DNA of 64,000 nt from Pavona decussata (taxonomy: Eukaryota): the NCBI GenBank assembly GCA_977016875.1, contig CDRNST010000175.1:930001-994000 (forward strand). Reading direction: 5' to 3'. This document shows, piece by piece, positions 25,816 through 37,280 of the stretch. Every line of letters begins with the position of its first letter. Within the stretch, counting starts at the first letter, position 1. Both the position numbers and the translations under genes were made by a program. The notes beneath the pieces are model-generated. The model did no database searches, had not been told where the DNA came from, and saw only the letters and a program-made list of their open reading frames with translations.

Positions 25816-27259
25816 GGTTAGATGATCACAGGGCCATTCGTACAAGCCACCAACGCACACAAGTTCTCCCTCGTCAAATGTACCATGGCACAAGGGACGC
25901 AAGCCTGGTGACATAACTTTTCTCACTTCCACCACATTCCCTTGGGAAAGTGTGGCCATGAATCTGTGTTCATGGTGATAGAACACACATGGCATGGACT
26001 TTCCTGTTTGCGTTGAACACCAGCATTCAAAACTCGGTATCTGCATTGAGGGAAAAACAATACAATAGAATATTTTGAATAAACGTACCGGTACATTTGA
26101 TTCGAGTATAAAAGGCTCAAAAGCAAGACTTACAGAGATGCACAATAATCTATACCTTGCAGAGGGTTTAATGATAATAGACTAAAAACTAGGACAAACG
26201 TTATTTCTTAAAACTCCTGCTTTGACAATGTTACAGCATATGATAATACTAATGATGATACTTTTTATAAGAATATCTATTTACCCAAATGACAGTATCC
26301 ATGCTATATAGATGTAATGACGAGGCATTTCACAGCGACATGCGCGGGCATCAAACACTAGAATGGAAATGGCAAATTGTCATCTTGTTAGCTCTTTTGG
26401 CAAGTGGTTTATTGTGGTCAATTACCATAATAAACGGGCCATGCAAATGAAAAATGGTTTTCAACACTGAACATTAGTTGGAAAATAGTGTCCAATCTTA
26501 AGGCATGTTTTGAAACGAATTTAAGGGTCCAAAAAATGATCTAATTTAGTTTCCCTTGTAGCTAAGCCTGCCAAAAAGACAAATTAGAAATAACATGCGA
26601 GAAGCACTTTGACTTGAAATTCGACTCAAACTACAACCAATCTGGTTGATGTTCTCATTTTGATTTATTTCTTCCACCTCAGCCCATGCCATGAGTTCAT
26701 TTTATCCAATTCACTTATGTGTCAGTTGCTAATAAATTTTTTTCTTTGTGTTTGCACCACATTCCTTTTGCACTACACAGCAACATCAAGAGTCCCAAAC
26801 TTCCCGGTAAAAATAAACTATCACAACTGCAATTGCTCAAATATATATAGACATTAGTATAATGCGCATTTAATAATGCACACTTGCTCACCTCTGGAGA
26901 TAGAAAACCAGCAGTAGATGGAGTGCTGGGTAGTGATTGAGTCGAAAAAGTGGGTGTATGAACACTTACAGGAATTGTGGTTGTGTGGGACGTGATTGTG
27001 TGGGAAGTAGGAGGATGAACACTAACGGGGACATTTACCTCAGAAGCAGATGAGTGAACATAAACTGGGAGATTGATTTGAGAAGCGGATGGGTTTAAAG
27101 TCCCTGAAATGAATGGAAAAGTATTAGGAGCAATGGACAATGCGGCAATGGGAGAGCTTGAGGAGAGAGACCATTGGCGGGAACAGCAACAGATTGGGTT
27201 GGAGATGAATCAACTTTGGATGGGACTGCGGATAAATTAAAGAAACAGAGAAACTCCAC

Positions 27260-29060
27260 TCATGATGAGTCAATCACAACTTTCCGCCGTTGAGCACTGC
27301 CATAAAGGCATGACTTTTTTGGATGTGCCCCAATTTCTGCCAGCAACCCTGAATTCAGGTCTTTGAATTTGATGCCCATTTGCACAATTCTTGAATAGGG
27401 CATTTTGCTCCCTTGTCTCTGCATAAATTCACCTGTAAGAGTAACAAAAGGATGGTAGGAGCATATCCGTAGCAAAATTTAATGATATCACCCTTTTTCA
27501 GATCAAAAGGACATTTTCCCAGATCAACCCATACATTTCATTCTCATAATAAACAAGAGCAAAGTCTTGCCAGAAAACAAAAAGGGAGAGGAGATTACGT
27601 AATTAAATAAAAAAAATCCACAATAAATATAAAGTTTGATAACAGAATATTCAAGTAAAACACAATCAACTGACTGCCATGTATGGTGTCATGAACACCA
27701 TGAAATGATATAATTTTCATCATGTAAACAAGGCTATAAGGCACTGTACAATAATTATTATAATGTTGCGCCCACATTTTGATTCAATTTCCCTTATATT
27801 TTTCTTCTATATCCATTCTATATTTATAAATGCGTAAAATTTATTGAAGTGATTGAAAACCTAGGTATGTAGAAAAGTGGAACTCAGTACGTCATTGTCT
27901 TGACCAAATGCACAACGTACAGATACCTCGCAGTGCTTAGGTTTAATCTCTGGTTCCTCAATGCAGTTAACCTCCATCATCTGTTCCTGAAAACATCCAT
28001 ACCTCTCCCATAGCAGGTTTGGTACCACAACTCCTCTAAAAATTTTATCTTAGTTTTCTTGCTTTCTTATGAAGTTCAACTTATGCTTTGAACCTGGCCT
28101 TCTCATCTTCAAAAGGGAAGTGAAGGTGGTGGCACGGAAGAATGTTTCAGGAACAACCAATAAACAATTTCTTACAATGTGAAACGATCCAAGGGTATAG
28201 ATGTCAATTCCAATGTAAATTGTAAATGTGTAAATTCCAATAATTAACATCAACGATGAACAGCTAAGTGGATATACAAAGTGTTTTAATACCTGGATCA
28301 TTGAAGTCATTTTCATATATTTTATGCATTGGATTATTCTAGAGATCAATTATCTAACTAAAAGGTAAGTAAGGTTTCAGTTTTATTTTGCTGTATTATG
28401 TCATGCAGAAAGCAAATAACACTTGCCATGCTTTAACTATCATTGTTGGTACATATCTGTGATTGATCAATAATATGTGCTATTTCAAGAATTCCAAGTT
28501 AACATTTGTAGTAACTTAATTCATGGGTTTTCCACTTCCAATCTTTTAATAATGATTACATATTAACTATGACTCATTTCATATATCATACATTGTAAAG
28601 AGTATTTCAAAAGTGAGTTGGCAATCAATAATTAATTAGGTAAAACTCCTGCCCTGTTGGAGTCAATAACGATATTTATTAAACTACAAATATTAAGTAA
28701 TACAACTATTTTTGTACATGTGGGAATTTTAATAGTTATAATACGTTACTGCTTTCATAATGTTGTTTATTATCTTCTTTGCCCGTTTATCAGGTGATGG
28801 TAATGATACCTATAAGTTTGAGCCTACATCTGCTGCCTTCTTTTGGTAAGAATCTTTGGCAGATTCAGGCAACCCTCTCCACTTTTCACCAACGCCTCAG
28901 AATACTGCAGCACTCCCACCCTTTTGTTCTGTGGAGGCAAGAAAGACATCTGCTTTCAACTTTGTACACAAACAAAAAAAATTTACCTTGGTGAAGAAAC
29001 TCCCTTGTGAAGGCATTAAAACCGGATGGTTGCCTCACCAGTTTCTTGACACTCTTGTAA
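27260..29060 (-). pseudogene. Fragmented multi-exon ORF of unknown function with an HMG-box-like start
   Basis: KKLVRQPSGFNAFTREFLHQ followed by a GT donor (~28987). Candidate exons at ~27925-28150 and 27260-27434 with AG/GT boundaries. Confidence 0.25.
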
Positions 29061-29850
29061 CGATGTGAGGGGTGGACAGCAATGTTGTGATATGCCGCCT
29101 CCACATCAAACTTGGCCATCAGAGCTCCCTTGCCAAACTGGGAGACCATGCGAATCACTTGATCAACAGTGATGTAATGGAAGGAATATTCCTCCGTACT
29201 GATGCCAGCATTAACACTAGCCCCTCCAGGTGAGGAGAAGTCCACAATCAAACACCATTTTCCAGGTTGACCCTTTTTGGGAATAACCCCAAAACTACTA
29301 ACATGCAGCCAAGGAAATGGGGGAACATTGAAGGGGCCAGCAATCCTACCCAAGGATACTTTATTGGCTAAATAACAGTTAATGACAGTGGGGTTCTCAT
29401 CACCCGAGGGTTTGTTCTTTTAGCCAACTTGAGTGGCTGGGATGGACAGAAGCCCAGCTTAAATCCATGACGCAGCCCATCTAAAACATAGGCAACTAGC
29501 TGACGATTAGGGTGGAACCTCAACTCCCAGGCAAACTGATCCACCTGAAGGGGGCTGACTGCTGAGACCAGAGGAAAACCAGCTATATAGAGAGAAAAAC
29601 CCCACAGGATCCCTCCCAGGTCCCACTGACAAATACACACAGCCTTCAGAACTGTCATCCAATGCATCAATTATTCATAAATCAACAAACAACATCTGGG
29701 TTCTTTATTTGGAAAAACAACAATAGACAAGCAAGCACAAGCTGAAGGGGAGGAAAAACATTGTCTAAGAATAACAAGGGGCCTAAAAACTAAGCACGTA
29801 AAGTCCACAAGAATCACGGTGTCTTTGATTTGCTGCTGGAACGTGGCAGG
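29058..29850 (-). mobile_element. Second DIRS/Ngaro RT fragment
   Basis: SPLQVDQFAWELRFHPNRQLVAYVLDGLRHGFKLGF; GRIAGPF..SSFGVIPKK..GKWCLIVDFSSP..SVNAGI..ALMAKFDVEAAY. Confidence 0.85.
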
Positions 29851-29852
29851 GA

Positions 29853-29912
<60 letters not shown>

Positions 29913-30295
29913 TAGATAATCTTTATTTATCCACGGACAATTCATCAGCTACAAATAAAACATTGAAATGTATATCATTATCAACATTGTAAAAACTATA
30001 CTTAAAACGTAAACCTAACTAAAGCTGCTTTCCACGAATGCTGTGCCTCAACGTACTTTTTTAATTAAGCTCTTAAATAACCCAAGGGACCCTGCTTGTC
30101 TTATGTCACAAGGAAGACTGTTCCACAGGGTGGCGCCACTATAGCTAACACTATTCTTATAATAGTTTGTGCACGGCAATGGAACATTGAGCTTATTCTC
30201 AGAGTCTCTTAGGTTATACGCAGTTTCTCGCCTTTCAAATTTAGAACATAAATAGTCCAGAGCGAAACCGTGCAGAGACTTATAGACCATTGCAG
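29851..30295 (-). mobile_element. 3' fragment of a CR1/L2 LINE with a (GATA)n(GACA)n tail
   Basis: MVYKSLHG..DYL..YNLR..LNVP..TNYYKNSVSYSGATLWNSLP..FK; AATAAA-like signal; tetranucleotide tail at 29851-29918. Confidence 0.85.
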
Positions 30296-30459
30296 CATTG
30301 TGGGAAGGAGAAGCAGGATGCCGTTTTGAAGCATCCTTAGTCTGACTTGCAGCATGGCCAGAGCAGGCTGAGCCAAATGCCTGGACAACTGGAGGTTGTG
30401 GATGAAACAACTGGAGTCGGGGAATCATCCTGTGGATTAGGTGTTTGTGTTGGGTTTTG

Positions 30460-32051
30460 TGTAAGTGCGTAATCTTCACAAAAAGTGTAGGTATTTTTGC
30501 TTAGTAATGCCATATTTGAAATCCACTACACAGGTGTTTGAATCGCATCGTTTCTTTTCTTGTGTTTTTCACCTCTCATAGAATGTAAAAAGCATTTGTT
30601 AAATTGCGAGTTGTATGCATAGTAGAGATTTACTTGATTTGTGATAAAAATCTTATGAACTAGACTGCCGTGCAAGATGTAGCAGAATTTATAATCGAGA
30701 AGGACTTGGTGATATTTATTTAGCCCTTTGTTATGTATAATTCAAGGCAAACTAGCTTCGGGTTTATCACAAATAACAATTTTGCCTAAATTATTTACTA
30801 GTTTAATACTCCATTGTTTTTCAAATAAAAAACTAACAAAGGCTTGAAAAAATTCTTCAGGTACAAGTAAGGGGTTATCATTATAGTCCTAATATGTCTT
30901 TGTAAACAGAGTTAAATAATTATTCATGTAATTTAGATAGCTTCTTCCTGATTTTGGCGTTTCCTCTATAGGTTTCTTGATGGCTTTGTTGGCACTTCTC
31001 TGTTTGAAGGGCTTGTGACTACAAAGTGCTCTTCAAGGGTCTTCTTCAACCGATCTGTGGGTGGCTTTACCCTAGTAAAGGTTTCAGCCAAGCTCACAAA
31101 ATCGTGATGGATGGATTCTCCTCCTTGTTCACCAAAGAAACCTAAGGGGAACTTCTACTTCCTGATGAAGGGGACTGCGTGCTCCTCTAGCATGTGCATC
31201 TTTGGTGGAAAGGTTGATGTCGGAAAGCAACGTCTAAAGGACATCATCATCTTTTTGATAAGACAAAAAAGGGTGGTAATTTATTATATCGTTGTGTTGA
31301 AAATGACTGATACTGCAGTATAACACTTCAATTTAATGATGAAGTCAGTCATAGTAAGTAGTCTACTAGCATTACAAAAAATGTTCACTAACCAAGAACA
31401 GATATCGCCTCATCTGTTATTGGGTGGCTGCTGTTGCACTTCAAATGACAAGTGGAGAAGTCTTAAGTGACTGGTGCTTGTTCCGGATGACCTTGGCTGT
31501 TTCCAGTAGTGAGAGACAGTGTCTCTCAGTTGCATCAGCAACACCTCTACATATTTTGGATATGTTGGTGACCTGATGAAGTAAGCAATTTAAGTTTTAA
31601 AACTACAGTAAAGGCAATAAAGATTGTGTTGAAATTAGTATTGCTGTGACAACACAAAAATACAAATTCCAATACAATGAGATCTTGTGGTATAATCTTA
31701 GGGTAAGTTGTTGTTGTTTTGAAACTTTAGTACCTGCAAACAAATGCAGATAGGGATTTCCTTTAAAGCTGTTGCTATGTTAGGCTTGCCGCTTGACGTT
31801 CATTGCCTGGAGAGTGCTTTGGAAAGCTTCACTGATGCGACCAGCACCTTTTGGAAGTTTTAAATATTTTTTTACACTTGCCACAAGTGTTTCCTGTTGA
31901 GAAACGATTGATTGAGTGGGAGGGAGCTAGCTAATGATTTAAAACAAACCATTGTTAACTGGTTTTGTTTACAGCATGGCATAGTAGTGATTGTTACCTT
32001 CCCCTTTGCTTTCATCCTCAGATCCTGGGCATGGGCCAGTAATTGAGTCAC
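30460..32051 (-). mobile_element. RAG1-like (Chapaev/Transib-related) transposon copy A/C, 3' part
   Basis: Exons NVKRQAYHSNSFKGN..CLQ|gt (~31733-31860) and FPPKMHMLEEHAVPFIRK*KFPLGFFGEQGGESIHHDF..DRLKKTLEEHF (~30937-31255), with the catalytic-type E at 31116-31118. Terminal repeat not found; left boundary approximate. Confidence 0.8.
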
Positions 32052-32171
32052 AAGACACGTCGATTTCAAAGAGGAAATTTAGTTTATTTGGCCCGCGAAC
32101 TGATTTTACAGCGGACGCCTCCATGAGGCTCATCTCCCATAGCAAAACGGTTGCTTCATTGTTGTCGGTTC

Positions 32172-32310
32172 AATGAATGAATGAATGAAATCTTTATTTA
32201 AACATGGTAAAAATATAAGGGTAACAATAGAAAATGACGAAATTCATCTTAAGTATAATTTTCTATTTACTGGTTTACATATTGGCCGTGTGGGAGTCCG
32301 ATACAGGGAG
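32172..32310 (-). mobile_element. Short LINE 3' tail, (TTCA)n, inserted in copy B
   Basis: (AATG)4 followed by TCTTTATTTAAAC, which reads as AATAAA plus a tetranucleotide tail on the minus strand. Confidence 0.5.
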
Positions 32311-32999
32311 CCATCTATCAATTTTTCTCTTGAAGTTGCGTAGAGATGTTGTAGTGCGGATATCCTCAGGAAGGGAGAGGGAGGAAAAGTATTGTTTTAG
32401 AACTAATGAAAAATGAAGGAGCAAGGGAATTCTCGAAATTTTCGCCCAGAAAACCCGATGCGTAATTTCACCGTCCTTTTAGCAGTGTTCTGGTCGCCTT
32501 AAAGTATTCGAAATTGTGAACTGCTCTGAATTTTATGCAACAGATGACACTCAAAACTTCGAATAGTGATACTGGAAGAATTCGATTGTGTGGTAAGTGT
32601 TTTATTATTAATTCGTTCTTTTGCGTAACTCAGCACCAAAGTTTGGGGTTTTCCACGTGTTGGGACGCCATTTTTAAATTCCTTCCCCGGACTAAAGAAA
32701 TAAGCAGGTTCTTTTTATTCAAATTTTTCCATTTTGCTTGGGTTTTTTAGCATCATGGAGCAATGAAATGTCTTTATTCAGTCAAAAATAAAGAATATGC
32801 CACTTTTAGTATAGAAGTAATGATGTTTTGGGCAGTTTCAATCGCTAATAAACGTGTGAGCAAGACTTGATTGAATTTCATGAATCACAAAAGGCAAAAT
32901 ACATAAGCTTCAGTTTTACAGGGTTTCAGTGTAAAAAATATAAAAGTGCTATAATACAAAATGCTAATACAGCTGTAGTAAAATATAATAAAACAATCC

Positions 33000-35900
33000 G
33001 TGTATTCCAGCTCTGCCTGGTTCCTTTTCAGGTTTCTTGTCCTCTTTTCAGGCATGATTTTCCTGTCTCTGGGTGGACAATCAAGTAGTGCTCCTGCAGC
33101 TTTTGCTTGAGCCGATCAGTGGCTGGTTTGACTTTGCAATATGTTGCAAGTCGCACAAATTCATGGTGAATGGATTCACCGCCCTGTTCTCCAAAGAAAC
33201 CAAGTTGGAAGTGCCATTTTGAATGAATGGGGCAACATGTGGAGCTTTTGATGGAAGCTTTTGTCACTAAACCTTGTTGTGATATATGCCATCAGTTGTT
33301 TGATGTCATCCTATGAAATTGAAAAGCAGTCAAAGACAATACGACATCAACTTGCTCTTGGTTACGGTAAAGTTAGGTGGTTAACAATAGTCATTTCCCA
33401 ACCACTGGTATGTCATTACCTCAAGGACATTGGAAGAACTAAAAAGCTTTGCGAATTTTATATTGGCATTCAGGGCCGGAGATGGTAAGAAGTTAGACCC
33501 GGGGAACTAGGTTGCGTTGGCATTTGTTTTTACCCTCAGTAAATTAATAAGTTGGTTGGTAGCGTGTAGCTAGTACAACATAATTTGAATTCCAAGTTTG
33601 TGGCTACGGGAATTTATCAAAACTTGTGGTAGCTTTTATTCCACTCTTAAGTGTTATATACCTTTTTTGTAATCAATTTTGTTGATTAGTTTAGTTCCTT
33701 TCTCCTAGGTGGAAAATATGGGCCAGGTGTTTTTATAGACAAAGTTTACATTTACCCAAGACATTGATTTCAGGTTCTTTCATTGGCTTGCTTGAGTTTT
33801 AATCTTAAAGTGACACGTGGCGAACAGGGAGAATAGGTTGAAATATTTTTCTCTGATGCCTTCTGCGATTCCATTTAATTCTGGGCAGGTGTCTCTGGTA
33901 ACATTTGTGACAACACTGCAGAGTTTTTCAATGTTCCTTCCCTGTAATGAGTCAGTATGGATTAGACAGCCATTTAAAAAATGCATTTTAAGATTTTGAA
34001 TGCAATAACTAGTAAATGTGTGTACCTGAAGACAAATGTTAATGTGATTTCCCACAAAGCTGTTGCTGTGGTACGCCTGTCCTTTCACGTTTATTGATTA
34101 GAGAGTGTTTTCTAACTCTTTCAAAATTGTGCCTTCCTCTTGGGCAAATTTTGTGGCTGCTCTGATGTTGACAGCAGCAGTCTCCTAGTAAACCAAGAAT
34201 AAGATTGAAATGTTGGGAGACATCATAACAGGAATGAGAACATTAAGTAAGACCTGTCAAGTGTGGGGGTAAAGGGGTCTAGGTTTGTTACTTTACCTTG
34301 TTCTTGCAGTAGTTTAAGCGTGTCCAAGAGTTGTGATATCACAGGATGTCCCTGGGCATTGTCTAAGTCAAGCGTTTGTAATAATAATACCGACATCCTA
34401 TTTTGATTGACATGTAATTTAATACTCTACTACAATGTATTGTATCAGCGACGTCTCCATAGGATATATAGTTTTTAATAAACCCATGGTCTAGTCAACT
34501 ACTCTGTCCGTCCACTACTCTTTTTCCGAAACCTATTCGTTAACAACCCAGATCATTACAGCGTTGATGCGGCAATGAGATATGTTATGTACTCCTGGGT
34601 GGCTGCTGCTTGCTCCAAGTACTGCTTGGCTTGTGTCTCATGTTTATGTGCTTCTCTTAGGGACTGTTAGTGAGAGTCAATGGTTAAATCATTAGGATCT
34701 GCCTCACTTTCAGCAAACTTGGCGATGATCCTTTCATCCATTTCACTGCACTCATTTTTATACAGCACATAATACTTGAGAAACAAGCCAAGGCTAATGT
34801 GGAGTCCAGGAATACAAATCTGAAAAGAGTAAGCAAAATTACAATTAACAGCAATGATATTAGTATTAAATTATGGGTATCTATGTCATCTTTACTTGCT
34901 CTACGGGAATGTTGAAGAGAGGAGCATGTATGACATTGTAGAAGTCTTTAGCCTTCTTCACGCCCCCTCCACCTGCCTCAAACTTCTGTAACATTTCGCT
35001 CAAGTGCTGGATGGTGCGGATACTGACTGGTCCTCTCTGGTCCTTCGGCAGCTTCATTTTGATTGATAGTATAGTACACCAAAGACATGGATTTCGTCCT
35101 AAAAATTAAAAAAAGAAGTTACGAGATAGATTTCGTGATAAATATATTTGTATCTGGGACTGTCTTGATAATAAGGAAAACTCACCATTTGCTCCTGTTA
35201 TTCCAATGACTTTACAAAGGAATTCGTAATCCCCGAACATAAACAGGTGGATAGTTTGGTTTCTAAATGTTTCAAAAGAAACAAAAAGAGTTTGGAAGCA
35301 AATGAGATTATCCAGCAACAACAATTAAACAATTAAAGTGATCATAGAAATGGTAGTATTGATCATATCTACTCACTGCCACTGTTTGCACCAGATCATC
35401 AAGCTGTTCCTTGTGGGGCATTGTCGCTGTTATCATGTTGTTTCTGGTGTCCTTTGCTTCGAACAGACAGAAATTACATTCTTCTTGCTTGAGTTGGGCT
35501 TCTCAACATTGGCCAAGTGGAAGCCAAACTTCATTGAGCCCTGTCCATGATCACCCCCAATTTTCTCATAAATTTCACTGCCAGGGGTGTTCCCATCGTG
35601 CTAGGTTAAAAGCTCAGCCCTGATAACATAATGAACATGCAAATAGTAATTATTCTAGTAAAACGTTCTTTTTAAATAACTGTCTTAAAATACTTTTAAA
35701 AAATGTTAAACCAAACAAGTTGAATATTCACTTTGAATTGCTATTAATGAAGTTTATCTTTTCTTTGACATCTGCTACATAGGCACATGGAGTTCCCTTG
35801 ATGACTGTCACCACCTTCTCCCCTCTTTTCTCCAAGTGTTCCATTGGCAGCATCTCCGACCCGAGGCTGTTTTCCCATCAGCTGATGCCTTCATTTTGGA

Positions 35901-36798
35901 CTTTAGGAACAAAGTACCCATGCATTTCGGGGGAAATCTGTCCCTGGCAAAGCTGTTCCATTGCTTGCTTCCTCCAAAGTGGCTGAAGGGGAGTCAGCTG
36001 CTGGGTTAGGGGCAGGGTTGGGGACTGCAATATTAGCTTGGCCAGTTCACAGATGGTTTTTGTGGTCTTCATAGGAGAGCTCACAGTAACAATTCTTACA
36101 TCCTACCTAGAGTTCTGCTATAAGCCTCAGAACCATTCGTGCTGGCTTCTTTTATGTGGTCTGCTGAGCTCAGCGGTCCTGCATGCCAGGCAGTCTAGGG
36201 GAAAGCCTGAAGACTGAAGGGCCTGTTTGAAACATTCCCCACAGAAATAGTGTTCACAGAGTGTTTCCACTGGTTTGAATTGGATGTCTTTACAAACAGG
36301 ACAGTAAAAATCTTCCTTGACTTCCTGTGAAAATTCAATGTCTGATAGGAAATTGGACTGTCCATTTCACTGTCTTCAACTTTTCGAGTGAGACTCAAGG
36401 CCGTCTCTTGTCGCTGGTGATCTGCTGTTGGGGGTCTGTTGCGTTGTTCTAAATTTTTTCTTACCCCGTTTCAGTTTTTTAGCTCTTCCTCCCTTCTTTT
36501 TTTCCTCGGCGCAACAGCATGTGACACAGTCATAATCGCTGTGAATGTGCCAAAAACCGGGTCCTTGTACTCGAGTTGGTGAAAGGTAACAAAGGTTACA
36601 GAATTGAGTGGGATGAATTTCGGGGTCATCCTTTGAAACATTCATGCCAAACTTTTCGATCAAGAATTCCCTTTATTCGTCACAGGAGTAACTTGTATCA
36701 TAAGGATCGTTAAATTTCGATAGAAATCCAGCACATATACAGAAAAGTCGTCCTAGGGTCTGATTGTTTTCGTCCTCATTGGGAGTAGCGGTGGCCAT
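33000..36798 (-). pseudogene. Intron-containing RAG1-like transposase of copy B (N-terminal Zn domain, RING, ZnB, DDE core), with stops, frameshifts and the NBD region deleted
   Basis: ATG at 36798. DDPEIHPTQFCNLC..WHIH..CVTC; RING CPVC..PVETLCEHYFCGEC..CLAC; IGGDHGQGSMK (D at 35550-35552); LFMFGDYEFLCKVIGITGANG|RNPCLWC (D at 35229-35231); GLHISLG; QAYHSNSFVGNH; GFFGEQGGESIHHEF (E at 33175-33177). GT/AG introns. Confidence 0.88.
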
Positions 36799-37280
36799 GT
36801 TGAAATCAAAGGGTTGTTACGAGCTATATTAAATTTGGCTGTTACTCGCGTAGACAAATTCCTAATAAAAATGTGAGCTGGTGGTGATTTAAAGTAAAGG
36901 GTATTCTACTTATCTGATGGATTCTTTGTTGCCAGAAAACTCAGAGGTGTCAAGAATGTCGTAACAAACTTCCTTTATTTCTCAAATGCGCATCCGCCAT
37001 TGCGCGCCAAAGAGCGAAAATACTGCCTCTCTGTTTGTCTCAACTTGTCCCACAATTGCCCTATTCTTTTTTCAGCTATTACTTTATGATCTGTTACGCA
37101 TATATATCTTTCATCACCTACTACTACGCATTACGTTTTTCCTTCCATATGTCTGAAGGGTCAAGTCGCCACTTCTGCTCTGTTAAGTATTAACAGCGGT
37201 TCTAATGACTAACGTGAAGTTAATAATGCGCGGTCAACAAGCTTGTTTCCTCTGAGCGCCCTCTGAAATCGACGTGAAGA

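Larger units (their letters stand above)
32056..37276 (-). mobile_element. RAG1-like transposon copy B with both CAC-initiated TIRs and a 4-bp TSD (AAGA), nested in copy A/C
   Basis: Left end CACGTCGATTTCA (32056); right end TGAAATCGACGTG (to 37276), a perfect 13-bp inverted repeat. AAGA at 32052-32055 and 37277-37280. Contains a multi-exon transposase pseudogene. Confidence 0.93.

Noticed and set aside
25477-26145. 222-aa ORF spanning the X run
   Set aside because: Artefact of reading through the assembly gap.
32056-33000. Convergent RAG2-like gene between the short TIR and the transposase 3' end (also checked 46405-46944)
   Set aside because: Under 1 kb is available, there are no kelch-like GG repeats or PHD cysteine pattern in any frame, and part of the space is a LINE tail.
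32056-37276. Calling the element a bona fide ProtoRAG/RAG1L or Transib
   Set aside because: The TSD is 4 bp rather than 5, the ends are CACGTCG/CACGGC rather than CACAGTG-like with an A-rich nonamer, and the core motifs (GGDHG, GDYEF, GEQGGES) differ from RAG1L. Kept as RAG1-like/Chapaev-related.
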